Origin: an uncultured Candidatus Saccharibacteria bacterium
GTDB taxonomy: Bacteria > Patescibacteriota > Saccharimonadia > Saccharimonadales > Saccharimonadaceae
DNA: 64,000 nt
Direction: 5' to 3'
Assembly (NCBI GenBank): GCA_964558365.1
Contig: CAZLCC010000010.1
Location: 5,361-69,360 of the forward strand
The position numbers were made by a program, and so were the translations under genes. Each line of letters opens with the position of its first letter. The stretch's first letter is position 1. The notes under the pieces were generated by a model that was not told the origin of the DNA, did no database searches, and saw only the letters and a list, made by a program, of their open reading frames with translations. This document shows positions 9,769-19,352 of the stretch, one piece after another.

Positions 9769-10695
9769 ATGGCAGAAAAAATACATGATGTTGTTATGAT
9801 TGGTGCTGGCCCGAGTGCGCTGGCGGCAGCGGTTTATACAACCAGAGAAGATATTGAAACACTGTTGCTTGAAAAGAATGTAATTGGTGGTTTGGCGGCG
9901 ATTACAGATAAGGTAGATAATTACCCTGGTTTTGCGGAAGGCATCGGCGGTTTGCAACTTGCTGAACAGCTTCAGGCTCAGGCAGAGCGTTTTGGCGCGA
10001 AGATAGATTTTGGAGCAGTTGAAAAAATTGAAGAAGCAGGTGAGCACAAAACCATTAAAACTGACGCTGGTGATTTTAAGGCTAGGGCAATTCTTGTTGC
10101 AACTGGCAGCGATTATAAAAAAATCGGCGTACCAGGTGAAGAAGAGTTTTATGGAAAGGGCGTTCATTACTGCGCAACATGCGACGGAGCTTTTTATAGA
10201 GGTAAAAAACTTGTTGTTGTGGGTGGTGGAAACTCTGCGGTGCAAGAAGCGTTATTTTTAACGCGTTTTACAACGCATATTGATCTTTTGGTGCGTAGCA
10301 CAATTAAGGCAAGCGAAGTGTTGCAGCACGAGCTAGATGAATTTGTAAAACAAGGAAAGATTACGGTTCATTTACAAACTACAACAGATGAAATTGTTGG
10401 CGAAGATGGCAAAGTAAATAAAGTCATCGCCACAAAAAATGGTGAGAAAACTGAAATTACTACCGACGGTGTCTTTATTTTTGTTGGGCTTTTGCCAAAT
10501 ACGCAGTTTTTAGAAAATAGCGATATTAAGCTTGATGAATTTGGCTTTATTAAAACAGATAACAAGCTAATGACCTCAATACCGGGGGTTTTTGCCAGCG
10601 GAGACGTGCGAAGTGGCGCTACGATGCAAATCGCCAGTGCGGTTGGCGAAGGCGCAACAGCGGCGCTTAATATGCGTGAATATTTAGAGAAATAG
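9769..10695 (+). CDS. trxB: thioredoxin-disulfide reductase
   Basis: FAD motif GAGPSALAAA, redox-active CATCDG, and NADPH motif GGGNSAVQEA. Confidence 0.9.
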   Translation: MAEKIHDVVMIGAGPSALAAAVYTTREDIETLLLEKNVIGGLAAITDKVDNYPGFAEGIGGLQLAEQLQAQAERFGAKIDFGAVEKIEEAGEHKTIKTDAGDFKARAILVATGSDYKKIGVPGEEEFYGKGVHYCATCDGAFYRGKKLVVVGGGNSAVQEALFLTRFTTHIDLLVRSTIKASEVLQHELDEFVKQGKITVHLQTTTDEIVGEDGKVNKVIATKNGEKTEITTDGVFIFVGLLPNTQFLENSDIKLDEFGFIKTDNKLMTSIPGVFASGDVRSGATMQIASAVGEGATAALNMREYLEK

Positions 10696-10705
10696 TAGTT
10701 TTCTT

Positions 10706-11698
10706 TTACGCAATATACTTTTTATAAAAAGATTCTAGCTGAGAAATAATTTCTGGGTTGATTGTTTTTAGCGCGACTTCTTTTGTTCCCAACTTAACAC
10801 CGCTATAGGCAAAATTATGTGAACCGGCCAATGCAATTTTTGTACCATCTTTTAAAGTGAAGATAACAAATTTTGCATGAATGTAAGTATCTTTTTTATA
10901 AATAGTTTTAAGACCAGTTCGCAGCATGCTGGATTTAATTAAAAGTTTGCTATTTATATCTGTAGCAATTCTGGGTGGATTAAAATAAATTTTTGAAGGT
11001 GTATTTTTTAGATACTTTACTAATTTTCCGGTTGGGCAATATTGAGAAACGAACAAGATTTCTTTTGATTGTTCTGCTAATTTGCATGCCTGGTCATAGA
11101 TAGGCGAGTCTTGTTTTTTGCCACTATCAATCAATACATCGCCAAAAGGAAGCGCCGCTTTTAGTCCGTCGTAACAAACGCCCTTTTTATCACATTCAAT
11201 AATTTTCTTTTGCTCTTTAATCAAAATATCGGCAAGTTCTTTATTGTGTGTTTTAAACATATAGTCAGTGTGGCCAATGCCTTTTTTATAAAGATTTACT
11301 CCGCCGAAGCAATATACAATATCATCTACCACAAACCACTTAATGTGCGTAACGCCCGAAAATGGGTTAAGTGTCGGTAGGCCGTCGTGTAAAACATGCG
11401 TTTTTGCTCCTGCGCTTGCTAAGCCAGAGAGCATTTTAGTGGTAACAACCGACGGCGTCTTTTGTTTTTTTCTAGGTGAAAAAGCGCCACTAAGTTCGCT
11501 ATAAGTAAACGCATCAATAGTGATGTTTGTCTCTAATCCTCTTTTCGCACCTTTTTTTATTGCTTCAATTAATTCTTTTGTTTCAGAATCTTTAGTTATC
11601 ACAAGTGTTAAAGAATAAGCTCTTTTTCGAGCTTTTTTTATTTCAGACGTAACATCTTTTACATATTCACGGCTGGTAAGAAGGGCAAAATTACTCAT
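10706..11698 (-). CDS. phospholipase D-like (two HKD motifs) protein
   Basis: Two HKD motifs: HIKWFVVDD and HAKFVIF...GSHNF. No TM helix. Confidence 0.8.
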   Translation of the reverse strand: MSNFALLTSREYVKDVTSEIKKARKRAYSLTLVITKDSETKELIEAIKKGAKRGLETNITIDAFTYSELSGAFSPRKKQKTPSVVTTKMLSGLASAGAKTHVLHDGLPTLNPFSGVTHIKWFVVDDIVYCFGGVNLYKKGIGHTDYMFKTHNKELADILIKEQKKIIECDKKGVCYDGLKAALPFGDVLIDSGKKQDSPIYDQACKLAEQSKEILFVSQYCPTGKLVKYLKNTPSKIYFNPPRIATDINSKLLIKSSMLRTGLKTIYKKDTYIHAKFVIFTLKDGTKIALAGSHNFAYSGVKLGTKEVALKTINPEIISQLESFYKKYIA

Positions 11699-11770
11699 AC
11701 AGGTAGCCTCATTATAAGGTATAATAAGAAAAATAAAGTGAATTAAGTAAGAAAAGGAGATTCTTTAGTT

Positions 11771-12301
11771 ATGGCTGATTTTAATAAAGTTTTAAAACCT
11801 GGTGATTATGAAAATGGCGTAGTGAATACGGTTGTTGAAATTCCTGAAGGCTCGATGCTGAAAGTTGAATGGGACCGCGAACGAGCAGTTTTTATGCTTG
11901 ATCGTGTTGAGCCAAGTATTTTTGCAAAACCAGTTAACTATGGGTTTATTCCACAAACACTTGATGAAGACGGCGACGAGCTCGATACACTTGTGGTATG
12001 CGATGAGCCGATTCAAACTGGCGTGTGGCTTGAAGCGAAAATCATTGGTGTTTTAAAGTTTGAAGACGACGGCGAAGTGGATGACAAGATTGTTGTCGTT
12101 CCGGCAGATGATCGAAATACGGGTAATAACATTGACTCTCTTGAAGATCTTGGTGATCGCTGGAAGCAAAAAATTGAGCACCACTTTAGCCATTACAAAG
12201 ACTTGAAGCGCCCGGGCACAACAATTGTAAAAGGTTGGGGCGATAAAGAAGAAGCAAGGAAAATTATTGCTGAATCTATTGAACGCTGGAATAAGCGCTA
12301 A
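11771..12301 (+). CDS. ppa: inorganic pyrophosphatase (family I)
   Basis: Family I motifs VVEIPEGS..K.E, YGFIPQT..DGDELD. 176 aa. AAGGAG SD. Confidence 0.9.
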   Translation: MADFNKVLKPGDYENGVVNTVVEIPEGSMLKVEWDRERAVFMLDRVEPSIFAKPVNYGFIPQTLDEDGDELDTLVVCDEPIQTGVWLEAKIIGVLKFEDDGEVDDKIVVVPADDRNTGNNIDSLEDLGDRWKQKIEHHFSHYKDLKRPGTTIVKGWGDKEEARKIIAESIERWNKR

Positions 12302-13860
12302 GATCTTTCTTTAGTTTTTTCCTTTGTTTGCTTTTTTTGAGCAGATTTCTGGCGTAATCGATTGGTTGCGCCAGTTATAATTGTGCTCATTATTCCTTCT
12401 TTTTTAAGCTGTGCGCGAAGTTTATTTTTAGCATGAGAAGTGACAACAAGATCTAGCCAATCCTTTTTTGGCTTTACGAGTCTTCTGGTTGTTACCTCAA
12501 TCACATCGCCAGCTTTTAGTTTTGTGTCAAAAGAAGCCATTTTGCCATTGATCTGAAAACTATACGCATGCTTACCAATATCGCTATGCACAAGATAGGC
12601 AAAGTCGAGTGGAAATGCGCCTTCGGGAAGATTGTAAATATCACCTTTTGGTGAATAGACAAAAATTCTGTCATCAAAAAGATCAACCTTTAATTGATCG
12701 AAGCCAATAGTTTGGTCGCTTTTTAATTTTGAGGCAACCTCTTGAAGCTCGGTGATCCATTGCAGCTGCGGTGGCAATGCGCTAGCTTGTCGTTTTTTAT
12801 AATCTTTACTTTCTTTTTGCGCGTGGTAATGAAAGGTGGCCGCGAGCCCGCGCTCAGCATATTCGTGCATTGCTTTTGTGCGCACCTGAAATTCAACTAT
12901 TTGCTGATTTGGTGTTAAAACAGTAGTGTGTAGGCTTTGATAGCCGTTTGGTTTTGGAGTAGCAACATAATCTTTAATGCGCTGAATCATTGGCTGATAC
13001 ATACTATGCAAAAGCCCAAGCACGCGGTAGCAATCTTCTTTGTTGTTAACAACAATTCTTAGTGCAATCAAATCATAAATATCATCAATATTGTCGTCTA
13101 CTTTGGCAAGCTTTTTATGCAGGCTGTAGATACTTTTAATCCGTCCATCAAGCGTGTGTGAAATATTCTCAGCATCAAGCAGGTCGTTTACTTCTTGGCG
13201 TACAACGGCAAGCTTTCGATGAGATTTTCCTAAGCGATCTTTAAGAAGTTTTTTAAGCTTTTTATATTCTTTTGGTTTTATATACGAAAAGGCAATTTCT
13301 TCAATTTGCATACGAATTCGACCCATACCAAGCCGATCTGCCATTGGAGCAAAAACCGCAAGAGATTCTCTAGCGATCTTCGTTTGTTTTTCTTTGGGCA
13401 TATATTTAAGCGTTTGCAAATTGTGCAGCCTATCTGCAAGTTTAATAATCACCACTCGAATATCTTGCCCAACGGCAATTAGAAGCTTGCTTAAGTTATC
13501 GTGCGTTTGGGGCAAATAGCTATGAATATCGCGCATACCAGAACGAGCTTGCCCAACTTTTGTAACACCATCAACCAAAAAAGCAATAGATTTGCTAAAT
13601 TCTTTTTCAAGATCTTCAATCGTAACATCAGTATCCTCGGCGGTATCGTGCAAAACCCCGGCAACAACACTATCAATATCCATTCCCCAGTCAATTAAAA
13701 TATCTGCCACGTTTAAACAGTGGGTGATATATGGGTCACCGCTTTTTCGTTTCTGACCTTCATGTGCTTTGGTGGCGAAATCAATCGCTTTTTCAAGCTC
13801 AGCTATTTGCTCTTTATGATAGTGCAGTTTGGCATTTTCTAATAATTGCTGCTTTTTCAT
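12298..13860 (-). CDS. rel: bifunctional (p)ppGpp synthetase/hydrolase (RelA/SpoT homolog)
   Basis: HD hydrolase domain (HDTAEDT), synthetase domain (YQSLHTTV) and TGS domain. Start placed at the ATG at 13860 (MKKQQ) rather than the upstream TTG at 13932. Confidence 0.9.
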   Translation of the reverse strand: MKKQQLLENAKLHYHKEQIAELEKAIDFATKAHEGQKRKSGDPYITHCLNVADILIDWGMDIDSVVAGVLHDTAEDTDVTIEDLEKEFSKSIAFLVDGVTKVGQARSGMRDIHSYLPQTHDNLSKLLIAVGQDIRVVIIKLADRLHNLQTLKYMPKEKQTKIARESLAVFAPMADRLGMGRIRMQIEEIAFSYIKPKEYKKLKKLLKDRLGKSHRKLAVVRQEVNDLLDAENISHTLDGRIKSIYSLHKKLAKVDDNIDDIYDLIALRIVVNNKEDCYRVLGLLHSMYQPMIQRIKDYVATPKPNGYQSLHTTVLTPNQQIVEFQVRTKAMHEYAERGLAATFHYHAQKESKDYKKRQASALPPQLQWITELQEVASKLKSDQTIGFDQLKVDLFDDRIFVYSPKGDIYNLPEGAFPLDFAYLVHSDIGKHAYSFQINGKMASFDTKLKAGDVIEVTTRRLVKPKKDWLDLVVTSHAKNKLRAQLKKEGIMSTIITGATNRLRQKSAQKKQTKEKTKERS

Positions 13861-13977
13861 GTATTCACTAGTATAACAATTAAAATAATTCTCGAGAGTT
13901 TTTCTGTTATTTTCTCTATTTTTCGTATACAATATAAGTAATTATGCTAACGCTTAATAAAGGGGCAGAATAAAAAT

Positions 13978-15000
13978 ATGGCAAAAAAGAACATAGCAAT
14001 TAATGGGTTTGGGCGCATTGGCAGAAATGCTTTTAAAATTGCGTTTGAAAGAAGTGACATTGAAATTGTTGCAATTAACGATTTAACAGATACGAAAACA
14101 TTGGCGCATCTTTTAAAATATGACACAAATTATGGCATTTATGAGCACGATGTAAAACACGATGAAACAAGTATTACGGTAAAAGGTCATAAAATTAAAG
14201 TGTTTGCAGAACGCGACCCGGCAAAGCTTCCCTGGAATGGTTTTGGGGTTGATGTGGTGATTGAATGTACGGGACTTTTTACTGACCCTGAAAAAGCAAA
14301 AGTGCACATAACAGAAGCCGGCGCAAAAAAGGTGATTTTAAGCGCACCAGCAAAGAATGACGATGCTGACACGATTGTTTTAGGGGTAAATGAGGATAAA
14401 ATCGAAGGTGCTTCAGATGTCATTAGCAACGCGAGCTGCACGACGAACTGTATTACTCCTGTTATGGCGGTACTTGAAAGTAATTTTGGCATTGAAAAAG
14501 CAATGATGACAACTGTTCATAGCTACACTGCAGATCAGCGCCTGCAAGATGCTCCGCATAAAGATCCACGTCGCATGCGCGCAGCAGCAGAAAGCATTAT
14601 TCCAACCAGCACCGGCGCGAGTATTGCGGCGGGCAAAGCGCTGCCAGCAGTTGATGGTGTGTTTGGTGGGTTGTCTCTTCGTGTGCCTACGCCAGTGGTG
14701 AGTATTAGCGATTTTGTAGTGGTAACAAAGCGTGATACTACTGTTGATGAAGTGAAGCAGGCATTTAAAAAAGCTGCAAAAGAGCCATTTTATCAGGGAA
14801 TTTTGGCAGCGACTGAAGAAGAGCTTGTCTCGAGTGATTTTAAAGGAGACAGCCACAGCGCAACCGTAGACTTGCCTTTAACAAACGTAGTTGGTGGCAA
14901 TTTGGTAAAAGTTGTTGCGTGGTATGACAACGAATGGGGATATAGCAATAGACTTGTTGAACTAACGGCTGATGTTGCAAATAGCCTGGAGAAAAAATGA
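13978..15000 (+). CDS. gap: glyceraldehyde-3-phosphate dehydrogenase
   Basis: NGFGRIGR NAD motif, catalytic SNASCTTNC, and WYDNEWGYS C-terminal signature. Confidence 0.95.
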   Translation: MAKKNIAINGFGRIGRNAFKIAFERSDIEIVAINDLTDTKTLAHLLKYDTNYGIYEHDVKHDETSITVKGHKIKVFAERDPAKLPWNGFGVDVVIECTGLFTDPEKAKVHITEAGAKKVILSAPAKNDDADTIVLGVNEDKIEGASDVISNASCTTNCITPVMAVLESNFGIEKAMMTTVHSYTADQRLQDAPHKDPRRMRAAAESIIPTSTGASIAAGKALPAVDGVFGGLSLRVPTPVVSISDFVVVTKRDTTVDEVKQAFKKAAKEPFYQGILAATEEELVSSDFKGDSHSATVDLPLTNVVGGNLVKVVAWYDNEWGYSNRLVELTADVANSLEKK

Positions 15001-15449
15001 AAATTTATCTTGGCGCAGACCACCAAGGCTTTCATATGAAAGAAGACATGGAAAAATATCTTCTTGAAAATAAGTATGATGTTGAAGATGTTGGCGATAA
15101 AGTACTTGATAAAGATGACGACTTTCCAGAGTTTGCGCATCGCGCGGTAGCAAAAGTGCTTGCCAGCGAAACAGACGATGCAAAAGCGATATTAATCTGT
15201 GGCGGCGGACAAGGCATGGCAATGGCGGCGAATCGATTTAAAGGCATTCGTGCGAGTGTGATATGGGATGCATTTGAAGCTAAGATGACACGAAATGATA
15301 ATGACAGTAATGTTTTGTGCTTGTCTTCAAGAATTCTGGAAAACGATGCAAAAGAGTGGCAAGATATAGTTGAGACGTGGCTAAAAACACCATTTGCAAA
15401 TGCAGATAGATATAAACGTCGCAACCGCCAGATAGATGAATTGATATAA
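14997..15449 (+). CDS. rpiB: ribose-5-phosphate isomerase B
   Basis: LacAB/RpiB family pattern (IYLGADHQGF, ICGGGQGMAMAANR). Overlaps the gap stop. Confidence 0.9.
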   Translation: MKIYLGADHQGFHMKEDMEKYLLENKYDVEDVGDKVLDKDDDFPEFAHRAVAKVLASETDDAKAILICGGGQGMAMAANRFKGIRASVIWDAFEAKMTRNDNDSNVLCLSSRILENDAKEWQDIVETWLKTPFANADRYKRRNRQIDELI

Positions 15450-15458
15450 AAAGGAGAT

Positions 15459-15938
15459 ATGAAAATGGTAAAGAAAACAGCAAAAAAGAAGACAAAGAAA
15501 AAGGCAGCAACACCAAAGCATTTATCAATGCATGCGCTGCTAGACTCACTCAGTTTTAGCGGTACTGTAGGGCGAACGTTACTTGTAACGTTCTTGGCGC
15601 TTATTTGTTTTATTTTAGTAGTTTTGCATGTGCAAACAGAACCTAGTGGCGAAAGCGGTTTGATCGGCGGCGGACTTCTTTATCTTTCGCTAGCTGTTTT
15701 TGGTTTTGCGGTTTTTGATGCAGCATATGTATGGCTACAGCACCTGCATTCACTTCCGGTTTTACTTGATAGAATTGTTTTATTTCTTGTTGAACTTGGC
15801 GCAGTGGCGCTATTCATCATGCCGTTTATTTTAGAGATGTCGCTTAACCAACTTTACGTAAATGTATGGTTGCCGCTTGGTATGGCACTTGTGCTGCTTG
15901 TGCGATATATAACAGGAGTACTTTTTTCAAAGGAATAA
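15459..15938 (+). CDS. hypothetical integral membrane protein
   Basis: Lys-rich N-terminus followed by 4 TM helices. Embedded between rpiB and the rpe-like gene. Confidence 0.55.
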   Translation: MKMVKKTAKKKTKKKAATPKHLSMHALLDSLSFSGTVGRTLLVTFLALICFILVVLHVQTEPSGESGLIGGGLLYLSLAVFGFAVFDAAYVWLQHLHSLPVLLDRIVLFLVELGAVALFIMPFILEMSLNQLYVNVWLPLGMALVLLVRYITGVLFSKE

Positions 15939-15941
15939 CAG

Positions 15942-16577
15942 ATGAGTATAATTTGCCCTACAATTTTGGCAAGTGACTTGGCTTCTTTTCAAGAGCAAGC
16001 TCAGCGTCTTCAGCCATTTGCTTCTCGGGTGCAGATTGATCTTGCAGATGGAGATTTTGCGCCAACACAAACAATCGGTCCGGCAGAAGTTCGCTGGCCT
16101 GAAAATTGGGCAGTTGATATTCATCTTATGTATCGTCGTCCAATCGAGCAGCTTGAAGCGCTTGCAAGCTTAGCGCCGCAACGAGTGATTATTCATGCAG
16201 AGGCCGAAGGCGATTTGTTAGGAGCTGTTCAATATTTGCAAAAAGTTGGTATTAAAACTGGAATTGCATTGCTTAGGAGTACGGTGCCAGAAAGCGTGCG
16301 GGAGCTTATTATGGCGGTTGATCACGTATTAGTTTTTAGTGGTGATCTTGGAAAATATGGTGGCAAAGCAAATCTTCTACAGCTTGAAAAGGTGAGAATT
16401 GTTAAAAAAATGAAGCCAGAACTTGAAATTGGCTGGGACGGCGGTGCGAATTTAGATAATGTGTATACGTTGGCGCTTGGTGGTGTTGACGTAATAAATG
16501 TTGGTGGCGCAATAGCAAATTCGAAAAATCCTGCCGGCACTTTTGCACAACTTAGTGAAGAGATAAAACCGAGGTAA
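15942..16577 (+). CDS. ribulose-phosphate 3-epimerase-like TIM-barrel protein (divergent)
   Basis: Matches Rpe in length and layout (ICPTILASD..., GWDGGAN, INVGGAI). However, the usual H-x-D-V-M-D-G-H-F-V-P-N metal motif reads IDLADGDFAPT. Confidence 0.65.
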   Translation: MSIICPTILASDLASFQEQAQRLQPFASRVQIDLADGDFAPTQTIGPAEVRWPENWAVDIHLMYRRPIEQLEALASLAPQRVIIHAEAEGDLLGAVQYLQKVGIKTGIALLRSTVPESVRELIMAVDHVLVFSGDLGKYGGKANLLQLEKVRIVKKMKPELEIGWDGGANLDNVYTLALGGVDVINVGGAIANSKNPAGTFAQLSEEIKPR

Positions 16578-16585
16578 TAGAAAAA

Positions 16586-17446
16586 ATGAGTGGGCAATTA
16601 TCAATTAGTCAGATTGAAAAAAAAGCGAATACTATTCGTCAAGATATTATAAAAATGCTTGAGCATGCGGGGAGCGGACATAGTGCAGGGCCACTTGGAC
16701 TAAGCGATATTTTTGCCGCGCTTTATTTTAATATTCTTAAATATGACCCTAAAAAACCAAACTGGAATGAGCGAGACATCCTGCTTTTAAGTAACGGGCA
16801 TTGCGTGCCTGTGCAATATGCAGCCATGGCAGAAGCGGGTTATTTTGAAAAAGAGGAACTGATGACGCTTCGCAAGCTTGGCTCGCGCTTGCAGGGGCAT
16901 CCTGAAAGAACAAAGCTACCAGGAATTGAAACTACTAGCGGACCGCTTGGATGCGGTTTGAGTCAGGCGGGTGGTATGGCGTATGTTTTGCAGAATATAG
17001 ATAAAATTAAAAATCGTTGGGTGTATGTGGTTATGGGCGATGGTGAGCTTGATGAGGGTAATATTTGGGAAGCTGCGATGTTTGCTGGAAAGAATAAACT
17101 ACATAACATCATTGGTATTGTTGATAGAAATAATATTCAGATTGATGGCAATACAGAAGACGTAATGCCACTTGAGAACTTAAAAGATAAATGGGAATCG
17201 TTTGGGTGGCATGTGCAAGAAATAGACGGGCATAATGTTGAAAGTATTATTGACGCAGCAAGTATGGCGCGGGCGATTGTTGAAAAACCAAGCGTTATTA
17301 TTGCGCACACAATTCCGGGCAAGGGTGTTGATTTTATGGAATATGATTATCATTGGCACGGTGCTCCGCCAAATAGCGACCAAGCCAAAGAAGCGCTGAA
17401 GAAACTACGCAGCTTGAATGGAAAGATAGTAGGTGAACATGAGTGA
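16586..17446 (+). CDS. transketolase, N-terminal (TPP-binding) subunit
   Basis: GSGHSAGPLG and GDGELDEGNIWEA TPP motifs. 286 aa. Overlaps the next subunit gene. Confidence 0.9.
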   Translation: MSGQLSISQIEKKANTIRQDIIKMLEHAGSGHSAGPLGLSDIFAALYFNILKYDPKKPNWNERDILLLSNGHCVPVQYAAMAEAGYFEKEELMTLRKLGSRLQGHPERTKLPGIETTSGPLGCGLSQAGGMAYVLQNIDKIKNRWVYVVMGDGELDEGNIWEAAMFAGKNKLHNIIGIVDRNNIQIDGNTEDVMPLENLKDKWESFGWHVQEIDGHNVESIIDAASMARAIVEKPSVIIAHTIPGKGVDFMEYDYHWHGAPPNSDQAKEALKKLRSLNGKIVGEHE

Positions 17447-18428
17447 TTTTCATTTAAATCCAGATTTGTTTGAAGAAAGTGTAAAGCAAGAGCCAATCCG
17501 AAAAGGGTTTGGACGTGGCTTGCTAGAGGCCGGAAAAAAAGATGAAAATATTGTGGCTTTGTGCGCTGACCTTACAGACTCTACGCAGATGAGCCTGTTT
17601 AGAGATGAATTTCCGCAGCGTTTCGTTGAAATTGGCGTAGCTGAGCAAAATCTTGTAACCGTTGCCAGCGGTATGGCGGCGATGGGTAAAATTCCATTTA
17701 CGAGTAGTTATGCAGCCTTTAGCCCAGGAAGGAATTGGGAACAAATTCGCACGACGATTGCACTGAATGATCAGCCGGTAAAAATTGTTGGCTCGCATGC
17801 GGGCATAAGTGTTGGACCTGATGGTGCAACACACCAAATGCTTGAAGATATTGCTTTGATGCGTGCGCTGCCAAACATGATGGTAATTGCACCTGGCGAT
17901 AGCGTTGAGGCTGAAAAAGCGACGCTTGCTATTGCGGCAAGTGGAAAGCCAGCATATCTGCGGCTTGCACGCGAAAAAACACCGATTTTTAGCACTGAAA
18001 AATCTCCCTTTAGCTTAACAAAGGCGTATCTTTTACGAGAAGGGCGAGATGTTACGATGCTCGGCACGGGCACGATGACATATCAGCTGCTTGTTGCGGC
18101 GAGAATCCTCGCAGGCTATGGTGTTGAAGCAGAGGTTGTGCATGTTCCGGTTATTAAACCACTAGATGAGCAGACAATTTTAACAAGCGTTGCTAAAACA
18201 AGAAGAGTCGTGACAGCAGAAGAAGCGCAAATTAACGGTGGTTTTGGTGGTGCAATTGCAGAGCTATTGAGTGAGAGGCTGCCATCACCACTAAAGCGCA
18301 TTGGCATGCAGGATCATTTTGGCGAATCTGGAAAGCCTGATGAATTATTAAAACAGTTCGGGCTAACTGGGGCATTAATTGCACCGGTAACACATGAGTT
18401 TGTATTGGCGCATAAAAGACCAAAATAA
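17433..18428 (+). CDS. transketolase, C-terminal (pyrimidine-binding) subunit
   Basis: FVEIGVAEQNLV and GPDGATHQ motifs. 331 aa. Split tkt arrangement. Confidence 0.9.
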   Translation: MNMSDFHLNPDLFEESVKQEPIRKGFGRGLLEAGKKDENIVALCADLTDSTQMSLFRDEFPQRFVEIGVAEQNLVTVASGMAAMGKIPFTSSYAAFSPGRNWEQIRTTIALNDQPVKIVGSHAGISVGPDGATHQMLEDIALMRALPNMMVIAPGDSVEAEKATLAIAASGKPAYLRLAREKTPIFSTEKSPFSLTKAYLLREGRDVTMLGTGTMTYQLLVAARILAGYGVEAEVVHVPVIKPLDEQTILTSVAKTRRVVTAEEAQINGGFGGAIAELLSERLPSPLKRIGMQDHFGESGKPDELLKQFGLTGALIAPVTHEFVLAHKRPK

Positions 18429-18440
18429 AAAGGAGGAAAC

Positions 18441-19352
18441 ATGGGACTATCTATTAGTGAAATTAGAGAAAATACACTGCGAGCGCGCCACTTAATGCAG
18501 CGCTCTCGGCAGCAGAAGTTTGCTGTTGGTGCGTTTAATATTGATAATCAAGAAACGCTAATTGCAGTTGCGTTGGCGGCGCAGGCAAAAAATTCACCTG
18601 TTCTTGTGGAGCTAAGTCACGGAGAAGTAAAAGCTTTGGGGCTCCAAAATGTTCGCGATATGGTCGATAACTATAGCAAAGAATATGGTGTTGAGATGTA
18701 CATTAATCTTGATCACAGCCCAACCGTCGAAGATGCCAAGCGAGCAATTGATGTTGGATATGAGTTTATCCATATAGATATATCTCAGGCAAATCACGAT
18801 GCAACAGATGACGAAATTGTTGAAAAAACCAAAGAAGTTGTTGAATATGCAAAGTTCACGGGAGCATTAGTTGAAAGTGAGCCGCACTATTTTGGTGGTA
18901 GCAGTAACGTGCATACTGAAACAATAAACTACGAAGAAATTAAAAAAACATTTTCAACGCCAGAGGATTCAAAAGAGTTTGTGCAAAAAACAGGCATTGA
19001 TACATTTGCGGCAGCTGTCGGAAATCTACATGGTAAATATCCGGTGCCAAAACAACTAGACCTAGAATTACTCGCAGAGATTCGAGGAGCAATTGACTGC
19101 CAGATCAGTCTTCATGGCGGCAGTGGAACGCCACTAGAATATTTTGAAAAAGCAGCTAAAATTGGCGTAAGTAAAATCAATATTAATAGTGATATGCGTT
19201 TTGTATTCAGAAAAACTTTAGAAAAAGTTTTGGCAGAAAATCCAAATGAATATGCAGTAGTTAAGTTAATGCCAGAAGTTTATAAAGCAGTTCAGGCTGT
19301 GGTAGAAGAAAAAATTGAGGCATTTGGCAGTGCGGGAAAGGCAGTTATTTAG
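18441..19352 (+). CDS. fba: class II fructose-bisphosphate aldolase
   Basis: FBA_II pattern: AFNIDN, NLDHS, HIDIS, LHGGSGTP. Confidence 0.9.
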   Translation: MGLSISEIRENTLRARHLMQRSRQQKFAVGAFNIDNQETLIAVALAAQAKNSPVLVELSHGEVKALGLQNVRDMVDNYSKEYGVEMYINLDHSPTVEDAKRAIDVGYEFIHIDISQANHDATDDEIVEKTKEVVEYAKFTGALVESEPHYFGGSSNVHTETINYEEIKKTFSTPEDSKEFVQKTGIDTFAAAVGNLHGKYPVPKQLDLELLAEIRGAIDCQISLHGGSGTPLEYFEKAAKIGVSKININSDMRFVFRKTLEKVLAENPNEYAVVKLMPEVYKAVQAVVEEKIEAFGSAGKAVI